Source: a virus (lineage: Duplodnaviria; Heunggongvirae; Uroviricota; Caudoviricetes). From it: DNA of 49,910 nt. The stretch is taken from the IMG/VR virus record IMGVR_UViG_3300037418_001222; one strand, written 5' to 3'. The first letter of the stretch is position 1. Each line of letters starts with the position of its first letter. Below the pieces are notes generated by a model that was not told the DNA's origin, ran no database searches, and was given only the letters and a program-made list of their open reading frames with translations. Below, piece by piece: positions 1 through 9,644 of the stretch. Position numbers and translations under genes: made by a program.

Positions 1-48
1 ATGAATACTATCTACCTTTGAAACCCCACTAGGATTATATCCATGTGA

Positions 49-471
49 TCAAGAATTGTCAAGGGAATTCTTGAGTCGTAACTGGGCCGCCTCCCAGATT
101 GGAAGATTCTTAATTCCCTCTTTCCTAAGAGCATCGAGAAGTTCAGACCTCTTAATTAGTGCTGTATATCTCTCAATAGTAATGCTTATCTTCTTTGGTG
201 GTGGATTCTCACTTCGAGACTTCTTGTTATTACAGCCCGCGCAGAGAAGTTGGTAATTATCCTCTTCGTCAGAACCACCCATACCTCTTGAGATGATATG
301 ATCTACCGTAGCCTGATCCTGCCACCTCAATCCTTCTAGTGGATAGATGTGCATTTCCTTTCCACACTTTCGACAGTGTGGATCCTTTCTCCATTCCACC
401 ATTCGCCAAGCAAACTGCTTGTAGGTCTTCATCATCCTACGACGATGACCCTCATTCTCATAGACTATCAT
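49..471 (-). CDS. HNH endonuclease
   Basis: CRKCG ... TVDHIISRGMGGSDEEDNYQLLCAGCNNKK, a classic HNH/McrA zinc motif. Confidence 0.9.
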   Translation of the reverse strand: MIVYENEGHRRRMMKTYKQFAWRMVEWRKDPHCRKCGKEMHIYPLEGLRWQDQATVDHIISRGMGGSDEEDNYQLLCAGCNNKKSRSENPPPKKISITIERYTALIKRSELLDALRKEGIKNLPIWEAAQLRLKNSLDNS

Positions 472-652
472 TTATATACTTTCTATACTCCTCCCAACCA
501 TACTCTGTCAACAACGCGGTTCCAAGAGTCCAAAAAACAGGAGACGGGAACTCATGGTGTATCAATTCAAGATATTGTGCATAGAATCGTTTATGCTGTT
601 GTTTTGAATTTGATGCTAATAGAATTAGTCTCTTTCTTCGAAGTGGAGTCAT
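458..652 (-). CDS. hypothetical protein
   Basis: 64-aa ORF overlapping both neighbours in operon fashion. Confidence 0.55.
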   Translation of the reverse strand: MTPLRRKRLILLASNSKQQHKRFYAQYLELIHHEFPSPVFWTLGTALLTEYGWEEYRKYINDSL

Positions 653-1842
653 TTTGAAACTACTCTTATCAAGACAGTGTTTTCGTTCATTCTCTCTTGG
701 AGCTTTTGATCACTACCTCGTACGTTTTTCAAGAAAGTTCGAAGTGTTACCTTTCCTGCACCCTGTAGATCCTTTAGTACAGTTTCTACATCTTTAGCTC
801 TGAGCTTCTTAGTGTGCGATGTCACTGGATCATAGTTAGTGATCGCCGTTCTATGAACATCTAGCCCAGCTGGATCGGTAGTTCTGAACACCGAGAGCTG
901 ATTATACTTTACGTTGAATGTCCATAACTCGACAGCTCCAAGTATTCTAACCGGCTGAACCGACTGAATCTTGTTCATACTATCAAATTGAAGGTACTTG
1001 AAGTCCTTTAGCTTCTTCTCGGCCGTGATTGGCTTCTTAGCCCTTGGCTTTCGTTCTTTCTTAGAATTGTTGACGTACTGCTCTAGATCCTCTACGATCA
1101 TAACATAGAATCCATAGAGCTTCTTCAATTGATCCTTGGTATAGGAGGAGTATCCTTCCTTTAACTGTTCATCGATTTTCTCTTTATTTACGATGCCGTT
1201 AAATGCTTCCTCGATCTCAAGAAGCTGAGGGTTGTAGACTTCAATCATCCTCTTCACCATTCCAGACTGAACTTCATTTACCTGCAACCAGGTATACATA
1301 TTGAAGTTAGTCTTCCAGGTGGTGATAAACTCGTCTACATTCTCCTCGATTTCACAGAGTAGATTGTCAAGAATAGTAGCGTTCTTGTCTGGAACTACTA
1401 CTTTCTCCTTGGGCTTTGTCTCCTCTTCTTCTGCTCCAATCTTATCAGACTTAGAATAGTCTCTATTAAGCAGAGTCTTCAGTCTATCTTCAAAGAATTT
1501 TTTGGCCGACTCTGGAAGAACTGCTCCTCTTGACCACATTCGTGCCTGCCAACAGATAGTTGACGCGCCCTTAAGCCAATTATCTGGAACATTACGAAGC
1601 TTCTTAAGATCCGAGTCCCTACCCGTATTCTTTAGATACGTGTGAAGATATTCCTTCCCTTCTTTATAGTCACACATGTAGTTATACCATGCGAGTGCCG
1701 AATGATACTTGGTTTGTGACAGTTCTTTAGAAGTGAAGATTGGTTCCTCACCACAATACTTTCTGTTAATGAGGTATTGTTCAGTCTTAGACTTCTTTTG
1801 AGACTTCTGCTTGATCTTAATTAGTGCTGGTCTACGTGCCAC
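649..1842 (-). CDS. conserved hypothetical protein of T4-like phages
   Basis: 397-aa ORF (ALAWYNY near the N-terminus, C-terminal RMNENTVLIRV) resembling a recurrent T4-like phage family; sigma70-like promoter upstream. Confidence 0.75.
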   Translation of the reverse strand: MARRPALIKIKQKSQKKSKTEQYLINRKYCGEEPIFTSKELSQTKYHSALAWYNYMCDYKEGKEYLHTYLKNTGRDSDLKKLRNVPDNWLKGASTICWQARMWSRGAVLPESAKKFFEDRLKTLLNRDYSKSDKIGAEEEETKPKEKVVVPDKNATILDNLLCEIEENVDEFITTWKTNFNMYTWLQVNEVQSGMVKRMIEVYNPQLLEIEEAFNGIVNKEKIDEQLKEGYSSYTKDQLKKLYGFYVMIVEDLEQYVNNSKKERKPRAKKPITAEKKLKDFKYLQFDSMNKIQSVQPVRILGAVELWTFNVKYNQLSVFRTTDPAGLDVHRTAITNYDPVTSHTKKLRAKDVETVLKDLQGAGKVTLRTFLKNVRGSDQKLQERMNENTVLIRVVSK

Positions 1843-1881
1843 TTAATTCTTTCTAACAAAACTTAAGAATAGCTGGCAATA

Positions 1882-1929
1882 TAAAGCCAGACTAGGCCAT
1901 TATATATCCTAGTCTGGCTTTAAAGTAAA
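1882..1929 (-). promoter_or_regulatory. sigma70-like early promoter embedded in a 15-bp perfect inverted repeat
   Basis: minus strand TTTACT-17-TATATA(AT); TAAAGCCAGACTAGG / CCTAGTCTGGCTTTA flank the -10 box. Confidence 0.6.
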
Positions 1930-1998
1930 TATTTTCTTTTTTCGCACTTATAAGTAATTAGAATTACAAGGCATAATTCCATTACAAAACATGGAATT

Positions 1999-2757
1999 TT
2001 AGCTAGCCTTGAAGTGGACCTTCAGATCGTGCACCAGCTTATCCCAGTTAAGATGGTTAGGTGCGGTCTTACTTACTTGATCAATCCAGTCGAGTGATAG
2101 ACAGACATAAGCCTCATCCATATACTTCTTCTGCCATGACCACGTCATCTTAAGAGGGGCTCCCCAGGTAATGCAAGTTAGTGTGTTGGCATCATATCCC
2201 ATGATTGGAACAGCATGACCTCCCCAAGAACCGGGTTCCGAGTTTGGTCCGTGAACAACACTCCAAATGGTTTGGTCCTGTGCAGAGATAGGAAGAGCTA
2301 CGCCGGTATATACTGCTCCAAATAGATACGTCGCGAGTTTCATCTGATACTCACTATGCACCTCTACAATAGCATATGAGTCGATCTTATGCCCACCAAA
2401 ACCGTGAGTCATCCAGTAGTGAAGAACATCTGTCTCTACTGCACCCTGATCAGTTGCAGGATTACTTGGTGTATAACCAGTGATTGCAGAATATGCTTCA
2501 ACAATAGTATTATCCGAAAGGACTACCTCATGATTCTGAGCGAACTTGGTCCATGACTGAATCATGTGTCCTGCTGCAGCGCAAGTGCAGTCACCTAGCT
2601 CGTCATTCTTCATCATTCCCCAGTCTTTGATAGCTGAGAAATAATCTAGAGTTGCTGGAACAGCAATACTCTCATCAGGTAGATACGACGCAAGAGTGAG
2701 CGTTCCCTCGCGATGGACGGGCGCTAGCTTTCCGAGTTTACGATTTTGTAGTTCCAT
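1999..2757 (-). CDS. papain-like (C1A-type) cysteine peptidase
   Basis: NDELGDCTCAAAGH catalytic Cys, GGHAV catalytic His, ITWG motif; TAAATA late-type promoter upstream at about 2783-2788. Confidence 0.75.
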   Translation of the reverse strand: MELQNRKLGKLAPVHREGTLTLASYLPDESIAVPATLDYFSAIKDWGMMKNDELGDCTCAAAGHMIQSWTKFAQNHEVVLSDNTIVEAYSAITGYTPSNPATDQGAVETDVLHYWMTHGFGGHKIDSYAIVEVHSEYQMKLATYLFGAVYTGVALPISAQDQTIWSVVHGPNSEPGSWGGHAVPIMGYDANTLTCITWGAPLKMTWSWQKKYMDEAYVCLSLDWIDQVSKTAPNHLNWDKLVHDLKVHFKAS

Positions 2758-2824
2758 AAAACACCTCCGTTATGTACGAAGATATTTATGGAATGGCGTT
2801 TGTTATGAAGAGATTATTTGTTTG

Positions 2825-3046
2825 TTAAATTACTTGATGAGTCTCTGCATAAATCTTGGCCATATGTTCGGCCATTGATACCGCTCTCTCCCATGTTGGC
2901 GCTGGATACCATCTTCCTGACTCAGGAGACCAGACACCACATCCATCATCCCTAGTCCTACACGCGTCATATCGGCCATATAGATCCTCTATATCAGGAT
3001 CAAACGCATAAAAGTGCTTATGCTCGACTACGTTTTGAGGCTTCAT
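2825..3046 (-). CDS. hypothetical protein
   Basis: C-terminal part (from about MKPQNVVEH) of the 2825..3271 frame; the upstream part overlaps the DUF4031 gene. Confidence 0.5.
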   Translation of the reverse strand: MKPQNVVEHKHFYAFDPDIEDLYGRYDACRTRDDGCGVWSPESGRWYPAPTWERAVSMAEHMAKIYAETHQVI

Positions 3047-3284
3047 CCTGCAACTTCCTCCGTTGAGTGGCAACAACTCTCGACTCAACCAGAATAGCTC
3101 CTGCATTGAGCGCGATCTCGTGATTCTTGGGATTAAGATCATAGTGGTTCTTGTGAAACCAACATCTTTTAATTCCATTATCTTCGGCAAACTTGTGGAG
3201 TTCTTCAAAAGAGTCTGCCACCATATGAGCATACTTCTTTTGTTTGTGGGAATGTGCTCTGAGGCGATCAACGTATATCATCAT
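3018..3284 (-). CDS. DUF4031-family protein
   Basis: MIYVD ... HMVADSFEELHKFA..GIKRCWFH..HYDL signature. Confidence 0.8.
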   Translation of the reverse strand: MMIYVDRLRAHSHKQKKYAHMVADSFEELHKFAEDNGIKRCWFHKNHYDLNPKNHEIALNAGAILVESRVVATQRRKLQDEASKRSRA

Positions 3285-3427
3285 TATTGATCGCTCGATC
3301 TAGCTCTACGTATCCTAGAGCAAACCTCTTACAATAGAAGAGATGAACTTCTCGTTCTCTTCCAGAAGTTATCTTCGCCTGTTGCCACTCTACTCTAGCG
3401 GCTCTTTGAAGACCTCTTCTTCCCTCT

Positions 3428-3727
3428 TCAGCATACTGAGATAGCTTGTTCGAATTCTGAGAAGTCTGGAATGTCGTGCATTTCAACCCATCCATGAACA
3501 TCGTCCCACCTCCAATAACACATGTTCGTAATGAATTCTGGTGTCCTGAGGATCTCTAGAGCCTTAACAAGATGTTTACACTCTCGCTTAGTAGCCATGC
3601 AATTGCACGAGTGAATGTCAGGATATATGGTGTATGATGTAACGGGAATAATCGAACCATCCTCCCATTTGCAGCATTCCAGCTTAAGTGGTTGCTTGCT
3701 TAGTAGACGGAAGGTGTAGTAGTTCAT
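3428..3727 (-). CDS. SWIM zinc-finger protein
   Basis: SCNC...ECKH motif. Confidence 0.7.
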   Translation of the reverse strand: MNYYTFRLLSKQPLKLECCKWEDGSIIPVTSYTIYPDIHSCNCMATKRECKHLVKALEILRTPEFITNMCYWRWDDVHGWVEMHDIPDFSEFEQAISVC

Positions 3728-3906
3728 ACGTCATATTCCAATGTAGCATCCATGCTTTGTAGAACGCATGATTTGATCTCTGGATATATTGACTTGCCGC
3801 ACTCTGGACAGTGCGACGGAAGCCTGGGATTCACCCAGCATAACAGAGTTCCACAACACGGAGTATGTAGAAGTCTGAATGGAACGTACTGTCTTTCTCT
3901 TCCCAT
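3724..3906 (-). CDS. small zinc-ribbon protein
   Basis: PCCG...CPECG. Confidence 0.65.
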   Translation of the reverse strand: MGRERQYVPFRLLHTPCCGTLLCWVNPRLPSHCPECGKSIYPEIKSCVLQSMDATLEYDV

Positions 3907-4145
3907 TTTCTTATCATAATAAGAAAATAAGAAAATGTCAACTACGTAATCCTTGAAGCACCTTTAAGACCTCATCGATTACTTTGAGCCGATGCCTCTG
4001 AGCCGGTGTTGGATTGGATCCAACTTTGATTCGATCTCTTTCTGCTTCGTACCGAGAGATGGCATTGTTAACCTTAGCCTTCATATAACAACTCCAAATC
4101 TGAGGGCCAGAGAGGACCTTTTAGAATTTTACAATGAATATACCA

Positions 4146-4373
4146 TCAAGATCCATTTTGCCCTTCTCTGGCCATCTGCGGGCCACGGAGTAACGGATTA
4201 AATCCATTCCCACTGGCTCTCCCTATAGAATAGGCCTCTGAGAGAGCATTGAGTAATTTGTTTGCTCCAATTAAATCTAGACGAAATTCTTTTCCAATGA
4301 TCTTTCCATCCGGTCCTTCGACTGCATAGTGACCACCAACAAGTTCTTCATGAATAGGAACAACTTTATACAT
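4146..4373 (-). CDS. hypothetical protein
   Basis: 75-aa ORF with GGTGAG RBS. Confidence 0.55.
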   Translation of the reverse strand: MYKVVPIHEELVGGHYAVEGPDGKIIGKEFRLDLIGANKLLNALSEAYSIGRASGNGFNPLLRGPQMAREGQNGS

Positions 4374-4384
4374 TGCTCACCTAC

Positions 4385-4413
4385 AAAAAAGGGAGAGCCT
4401 TTCGACTCTCCCC
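4385..4413 (-). terminator. Rho-independent terminator
   Basis: GGGAGAG-loop-CTCTCCC followed by a T run on the minus strand. Confidence 0.75.
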
Positions 4414-4421
4414 AGTTGAGT

Positions 4422-4862
4422 TTAGACAGATTCGCGTTGACGATGTTCTTCACGCTCTGCGTCTGTTCCCCAGCCCTTGAATCCCGGCTTGGGATACGCT
4501 CTGATCGATTCTTCTCCAGGATGTAGACCATTTTCAACGTGCCCACGGAGAATATCGAACATCCGACTGAGAGGATTGTCCTGAACCTCGGCAAAGACGA
4601 GACCATATTTCTTCGACTTAGAGAAGTCGAATCCGATCTCTCCAATTGGAGTTCCTTCCAGCTCCGTGCCGGCGAGGATCTTTTTTACTTCCGGTTCATA
4701 TCGATCATTGATGGACTTCAATTGCTCCTCGGCTCGATTAAAAGCCGAATGAAGCTCCTCGCATATTCGCTGAGTATCGGAGTCCATCTGCTGACGAAGT
4801 TGTACCAACCTTTCGGCTTTTTGGCCGTCGAATTTAATCGAGTTGTCTTGGTAGTCTTTCAC
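4422..4862 (-). CDS. hypothetical coiled-coil protein
   Basis: 146-aa ORF, GTG start with AAGGAG RBS. Confidence 0.65.
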   Translation of the reverse strand: MKDYQDNSIKFDGQKAERLVQLRQQMDSDTQRICEELHSAFNRAEEQLKSINDRYEPEVKKILAGTELEGTPIGEIGFDFSKSKKYGLVFAEVQDNPLSRMFDILRGHVENGLHPGEESIRAYPKPGFKGWGTDAEREEHRQRESV

Positions 4863-4890
4863 CAGTCATACTCCTTGTTGACCCACGCTT

Positions 4891-4924
4891 GAAAATACGG
4901 AGGGTGGGTCGTCCTCCGTATTTC
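4891..4924 (-). terminator. terminator-like hairpin after the DUF932 gene
   Basis: AAATACGGAGG / CCTCCGTATTT inverted repeat. Confidence 0.65.
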
Positions 4925-4927
4925 GTT

Positions 4928-5956
4928 TTAAGCGGTGATCAAGTCAGGAGATTTAGCCGCCTTCTCTACTGCAAGGTTGAGTGCCTTATTCTTCAAAACA
5001 CGATTTGATCCAAACCAAGCGCTCTCGAGTCTGGTTTCATCTGATCGCCCGAGTACGTGATCTGTCATATAAGTGACAACATTTAGTGCCTGCCACCATG
5101 ATCCTTCTTCAAGATCGGCTCCTGGCTGATTGTTGATAAGAGCTAGGGCCATTTGATGATTGCGATGAGGAACATCTGGATTTTTGGATGCATCGCCCTT
5201 GGGAAAGATTTCCGAAAAGTACTCATTGAGCGACTCGTCAGTGAATCGCTTTCCTGCAATAAAATTAGCAGCATCACGATATTCTTCAAGCAACGTATGA
5301 GCGATACCAAGAGTTGCCATAACTCGTTCTGCGTCGAATGGCTTGCGGTGTGAGCTTCTAACGACTTGCTGGTCTATCGTAAGTCCACGACCAATCGCCA
5401 TTGAAAGAGTATTCCAACAAACTACTCTGATGGGAGTAAATCTGATATCAATGGCCTTACCGAATTGATGTGGATTAGTGAACAGTAAGTGAGACTGAAC
5501 CTCATCTTTCTTGCGGCCGACAAAGAAACCATCCTTCACGCGTGCGAGTGCCCATACTAACTGGCCGCCCTTAAGCGATCCAGCTGTGTGCATTTCCATG
5601 TCGCCCTTCATTACGAAGTCCTTGAAGAAATCGAATGCTTCTTCGTTCTGGAGTGGATTCCAATCCGGAGTGACTACATCCAAAATCTTCTGGTCGGATG
5701 AACGTACCAGAGCGCATCGAGGAATTGACACTTTATTGAGATGAGGTCTCATCTCACCAAGACGTTTCATGGGTTCCAAGTGAGGGAGTTGTATGAATGC
5801 TGGAACCTTCTCTACAGTCCAATCAAGATTGGCAGCCTTCAGCATCTGCATCGGAGTGAGGTCGTTTGGAACTTCTTTTCCGAGTCCATGCCATGGTGTT
5901 TCTCCGGCATAGGCCATTGAGGCCTTTCCATTTACAATTTCTAATTCGTGGCTCAT
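4928..5956 (-). CDS. DUF932-family (TIGR03299-type) phage/plasmid protein
   Basis: MSHELE..MAYAGETPWHGLG...LQNEEAFDFF...TAGSLKGG...FTPIRVVCWNTL signature. Confidence 0.9.
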   Translation of the reverse strand: MSHELEIVNGKASMAYAGETPWHGLGKEVPNDLTPMQMLKAANLDWTVEKVPAFIQLPHLEPMKRLGEMRPHLNKVSIPRCALVRSSDQKILDVVTPDWNPLQNEEAFDFFKDFVMKGDMEMHTAGSLKGGQLVWALARVKDGFFVGRKKDEVQSHLLFTNPHQFGKAIDIRFTPIRVVCWNTLSMAIGRGLTIDQQVVRSSHRKPFDAERVMATLGIAHTLLEEYRDAANFIAGKRFTDESLNEYFSEIFPKGDASKNPDVPHRNHQMALALINNQPGADLEEGSWWQALNVVTYMTDHVLGRSDETRLESAWFGSNRVLKNKALNLAVEKAAKSPDLITA

Positions 5957-6038
5957 ATTTGCTTCCCTCTAGATTCTGATATATTCTTATATCACGAAAA
6001 GAAGGAGTTGTAAAGGCTTTTTTATTGTAAGAAACTTA

Positions 6039-6434
6039 CTATTCAGCCTTGGTATTTTGGAGTAGTTGGTTGTTTTCCTTAACCAGACGATGGATATCGT
6101 CTGTTATCTCTAGAAGAGCCTCAGCATCATGATAGGTCTGTTCAAGTTGTTGATCTGACTTAGATGATGATACCTTTTGACCAACCATAATGATGGATAA
6201 GAGAACTAGTTGTAGGAAGGTTTGAGCGATCCATGCAATTAGAGCTCCAGTTCCAGCAGCGATTGCTTGTGGTAAACTGATGAGTGCTAGACCAGCAAAA
6301 ACGTAAGCACACCACATGGTTCCAACCATGTCTGTAATTTTGAGTGCAAGCCAATTATTGAATCCGACAGCATTCACCTTCTTTGGGTGATTTGACTTAC
6401 GCTTTTCGATATGTGGATGTTGCTTGTGTTTCAT
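6039..6434 (-). CDS. DUF1003-like membrane protein
   Basis: ITDMVGTMWCAY, two hydrophobic helices, QTFLQLVLLSIIMVGQ. Confidence 0.75.
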   Translation of the reverse strand: MKHKQHPHIEKRKSNHPKKVNAVGFNNWLALKITDMVGTMWCAYVFAGLALISLPQAIAAGTGALIAWIAQTFLQLVLLSIIMVGQKVSSSKSDQQLEQTYHDAEALLEITDDIHRLVKENNQLLQNTKAE

Positions 6435-6447
6435 CCACTAATTATAA

Positions 6448-6477
6448 AATAATGGGCGATGTTACTCGCCCATTATT
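6448..6477. terminator. bidirectional terminator-like hairpin
   Basis: AATAATGGGCGA / TCGCCCATTATT inverted repeat. Confidence 0.65.
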
Positions 6478-6632
6478 AGTTTCATACTATTTTGTCTAAG
6501 AGTTGATCAAGCTCTTGGTCATATGTTTGACCGGGCTGTCTGCCTCTATGTTCGTTTCGCTCCTCGGGTGATGATCGGTCAAGAGGTCTTACCGGGGTTG
6601 ATGCGATAAGACCTCTCTGACTTACCCGACTG

Positions 6633-7412
6633 TTATCGCCCCCCGGCACCAGCCATTTCTGCCGGCCGACTACGATTCCGGCTTAGTCTTCCATCGAGCC
6701 CAGGATATCGAACTCGCCCTGGCTTGCCGGCCTGTCGCGCCGTCGGATCATCTTGATCTTGAGAGCGGCGGGCGGATTCGAGCTGTTCTGGCCGATTCTG
6801 TTTCAGGCGCCGATCTTTGGTTGGATCAACGACCCTACCGCGATTACCGACTTCTGGTTCATGCTTCGGTTCTGTTCGCATAGGAGGAGTGTTTATTTCT
6901 TCCTTCTGCGAATTTTCCTCGATCATACCACTCCATTGTGGAGATAGAGCCTGAATGTCCAGCTTGAAACAGAGTGGATTTTCGAACTCCGCTCCCTCGA
7001 TCTGAGATCCGTCGAATGTTTCCATCTCCGGGTAAGAAGAGTCCTCGTTTGAGAGGTCCAATTCTACGAAGAGATCGAAAGCTTCGCCCTGATCATCCTG
7101 GAGCCATGTGTTGGTGATGATATGCTGTTGGAAGATACCAGAACCAAACCGGCTATCGAACGTAGCAGACAGTTGAAGATCGATCTTCGTTTTCAACCCA
7201 AATTCTGCGATCGCACGCGAGATATCAGGAAGATAACTCTCTAGTGATCGAGAACCCTGAAACAGCATCGTATCGATGACACCTTCATCCGCCGGCACTA
7301 CATAGATTCGGCTATAATTGCGCCGAATTGTTTCGTTGGCTTCTGGTGAAACAGCTAGGATGCGGCTTACACGATGAATCATCGCATCCTGCCCTTCTTC
7401 TACGGGTTGCAT
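6633..7412 (-). CDS. hypothetical protein with C-terminal D-x-RL-x-x-NR repeats
   Basis: 259-aa ORF with RBS GGAGA and its own promoter; tail repeats DPTKDRRLKQNR and YPGLDGRLSRNR. Confidence 0.7.
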   Translation of the reverse strand: MQPVEEGQDAMIHRVSRILAVSPEANETIRRNYSRIYVVPADEGVIDTMLFQGSRSLESYLPDISRAIAEFGLKTKIDLQLSATFDSRFGSGIFQQHIITNTWLQDDQGEAFDLFVELDLSNEDSSYPEMETFDGSQIEGAEFENPLCFKLDIQALSPQWSGMIEENSQKEEINTPPMRTEPKHEPEVGNRGRVVDPTKDRRLKQNRPEQLESARRSQDQDDPTARQAGKPGRVRYPGLDGRLSRNRSRPAEMAGAGGR

Positions 7413-7510
7413 GATGTTTCTCCAATCATCCTAGGGAGTTAATTCCCCCTAGGATGGAAACATAATTAACACGTAGCTTAACAATTGTAAAGGCAAAAAT
7501 TTAATTAAAT

Positions 7511-8032
7511 TTACGCCACAATCTTAAGCTTCTTTTCTACGTCGAGAAGCTTGGCTGGTTCGAGCTCAATATTTTGTTGAGATTGGACGAACCTATCATA
7601 TAGTCCATATTCCCTGCCATGAGCCTCGATTTCCCATGGTAGATCATAATAGTGGACCTGAGATGGATCAATAGGAACTCCGAACCATCTCATGGTAACT
7701 CCGTCCCAACCAACCTGGCGCTCACCAAATGCCATTTGCTTGACATGAGTCAACTCGTGAGCAAGTCCAATGAGACTCCCTTTGTATGAGAGGTCGCTGT
7801 CCAAGTCTACGTAGAACTTATTTGGACGAAACCTATCGTCCAAATAGCCACAAATAGAATCATTATGAAGATCGTGAGAAAGGTTGGGTATGAGAGTAAC
7901 TTCTACCTCAATTGAATTCATCCTTCCGAGGTCGTTCTTCATTAGGATGTTGAGATAGTATTTTGTAGCATCTCGAATTAGAAGTTGATCCACACCTTTA
8001 CCGACAGGTTTCCCTGCAATTTTTAGTTTCAT
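7511..8032 (-). CDS. zinc metallopeptidase-like protein (HExxH)
   Basis: LAHELTHVKQ ... YYDLPWEIEA, common in T4-like phages. Confidence 0.8.
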   Translation of the reverse strand: MKLKIAGKPVGKGVDQLLIRDATKYYLNILMKNDLGRMNSIEVEVTLIPNLSHDLHNDSICGYLDDRFRPNKFYVDLDSDLSYKGSLIGLAHELTHVKQMAFGERQVGWDGVTMRWFGVPIDPSQVHYYDLPWEIEAHGREYGLYDRFVQSQQNIELEPAKLLDVEKKLKIVA

Positions 8033-8201
8033 AGCGTACGCCTATGCCTAAAAATAGTTATTGGGTCGGCGATGTAATTAGTTGTTGGATCCCCTAGCTA
8101 GTCACCACCAACCAGATGCCGTCTCGTCGTACCCCTTCAGGCGGCATGTAAATCTTATAACATGAAGTCCAGTCGATGTAAACAGGATTTTTTATCCGTG
8201 T

Positions 8202-8879
8202 TTAATTTAAAGTAATCGGTTGGTTTACCATTTGATTAATCTTATCGAGGAAGTCTTTCTTCCTCCTAATAAACACCTGAGGTTTTTCAAAATCTACGCC
8301 AATCAATACGACGATTTGTGGGACGAATAATCCAGTGAGCTCTTCAACCATCATGGCGTATAAAGTTGTTTGAAGAAAGTATCCCTCGATATCCTCTTCA
8401 TTCTTTAGGTTTTTGGCCGTCTTGAAATCGATGATAGACATCAAGTCATCAAACAAACCAAAGCAATCGGCTCTTCCAGCAAGTTTTAGTTTGTTAGACC
8501 AGAGGCCCGTCTCTATTCCTTTTATTACTCGTACACGCGCGCGTAAGACGTTTGCCATATCTTCGGCCATGGACAGATTATTCGGCATCTGACTTCGAGC
8601 ATATTGAGGGTTGCCTAGAATTATTTGTTCAAGAATAGAGTGAACTGCAGTCCCTCTCCTCTTTGCCTGCGTGGAAGTTCTTTCTGCTTGTTCTTCACCT
8701 ACTCGAGATTTCCATTCAGACAACCATGAATTATCAGAAAATTTTGAAAGGAAAGTCGTTACAGATGGATACCTATATCCAGCTGGAGTAACATACCACC
8801 GGCCATTAGGAGTAGTATCTGCGTGAATTTCAGGTAGATCAACCAAGTCTACCTTCCATGGTGTAGTCTTACAAAACAA
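8202..8879 (-). CDS. PD-(D/E)xK Cas4-like exonuclease
   Basis: YPSVTT, RGTAVH, AGRAD, IIDFKT, YFLQ motifs; the usual partner of phage phoH. Confidence 0.85.
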   Translation of the reverse strand: MFCKTTPWKVDLVDLPEIHADTTPNGRWYVTPAGYRYPSVTTFLSKFSDNSWLSEWKSRVGEEQAERTSTQAKRRGTAVHSILEQIILGNPQYARSQMPNNLSMAEDMANVLRARVRVIKGIETGLWSNKLKLAGRADCFGLFDDLMSIIDFKTAKNLKNEEDIEGYFLQTTLYAMMVEELTGLFVPQIVVLIGVDFEKPQVFIRRKKDFLDKINQMVNQPITLN

Positions 8880-9615
8880 TATTCAAGTCATCCTTAGCAT
8901 AGATATATTCACGAACCAATGACGAGCGCACGACGTCTTCTCTCTGAAAGTCTACAAACTCAAACGACTTCATCTTATTAATGATCTTCATGAAGTCCTT
9001 CAATCCATTTCTCTCCTGATCGGTTGAGAAGTCGGACTGTCTGAAGTCTCCAGAGAAGATAATTCGACAGTTCTTACCCACTCTAGTGATAATCGAATCC
9101 AGTTCGTGACCAGTCATATTAGCCATCTCATCAACTACTACTATAGTATCATTGATGGTGATTCCTCTAATGAAGGATGTAGAGATGAATTCGACCACTC
9201 CTCTTCTGGTGAGGGTGTCATATGCGTCACCACGATTAAACAGCTCAGTACAGATAGCACTATATGGAGCTTCGTAGACTGCCGCCTTCTCTTTTTGATT
9301 GCCTGGTAGGAATCCCATCTTACGAACTTCTACTACCGATCTGACGATGACGATCTTTCTTTGATCGGATATTCCAGACAAAATATCTCGAAGCGCGAGA
9401 TACAGAGCTATGAAGCTCTTACCCGTTCCAGGAATTCCGTGAAGTAGTAGGTTCTTTCCCTCGTCCCAAGACTTAAATGCTAGATTCTGGTTCTTAGTTA
9501 GAGGTTTGATATTTGGAATATTGAGACCAAGGTTTGGAGTATTTAGAGCCTCCGCCTCCTGCTGGCGTAGAAGTCTTCTCTCTCTTTTAGTTAGTCTCTT
9601 ATTTTGTGAAGTCAT
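8869..9615 (-). CDS. phoH: PhoH-family ATPase
   Basis: GIPGTGKS Walker A, MGFLPG, SFIRG, VVDE, GDFRQSD, VVRS. Confidence 0.95.
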   Translation of the reverse strand: MTSQNKRLTKRERRLLRQQEAEALNTPNLGLNIPNIKPLTKNQNLAFKSWDEGKNLLLHGIPGTGKSFIALYLALRDILSGISDQRKIVIVRSVVEVRKMGFLPGNQKEKAAVYEAPYSAICTELFNRGDAYDTLTRRGVVEFISTSFIRGITINDTIVVVDEMANMTGHELDSIITRVGKNCRIIFSGDFRQSDFSTDQERNGLKDFMKIINKMKSFEFVDFQREDVVRSSLVREYIYAKDDLNIVL

Positions 9616-9644
9616 CTTTGTTCTCTTTTTATTATGAGACGACT

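Noticed and set aside
8202-8879. Cas4 as part of a CRISPR system
   Set aside because: A stand-alone PD-(D/E)xK exonuclease next to phoH is ordinary in T4-like phages.
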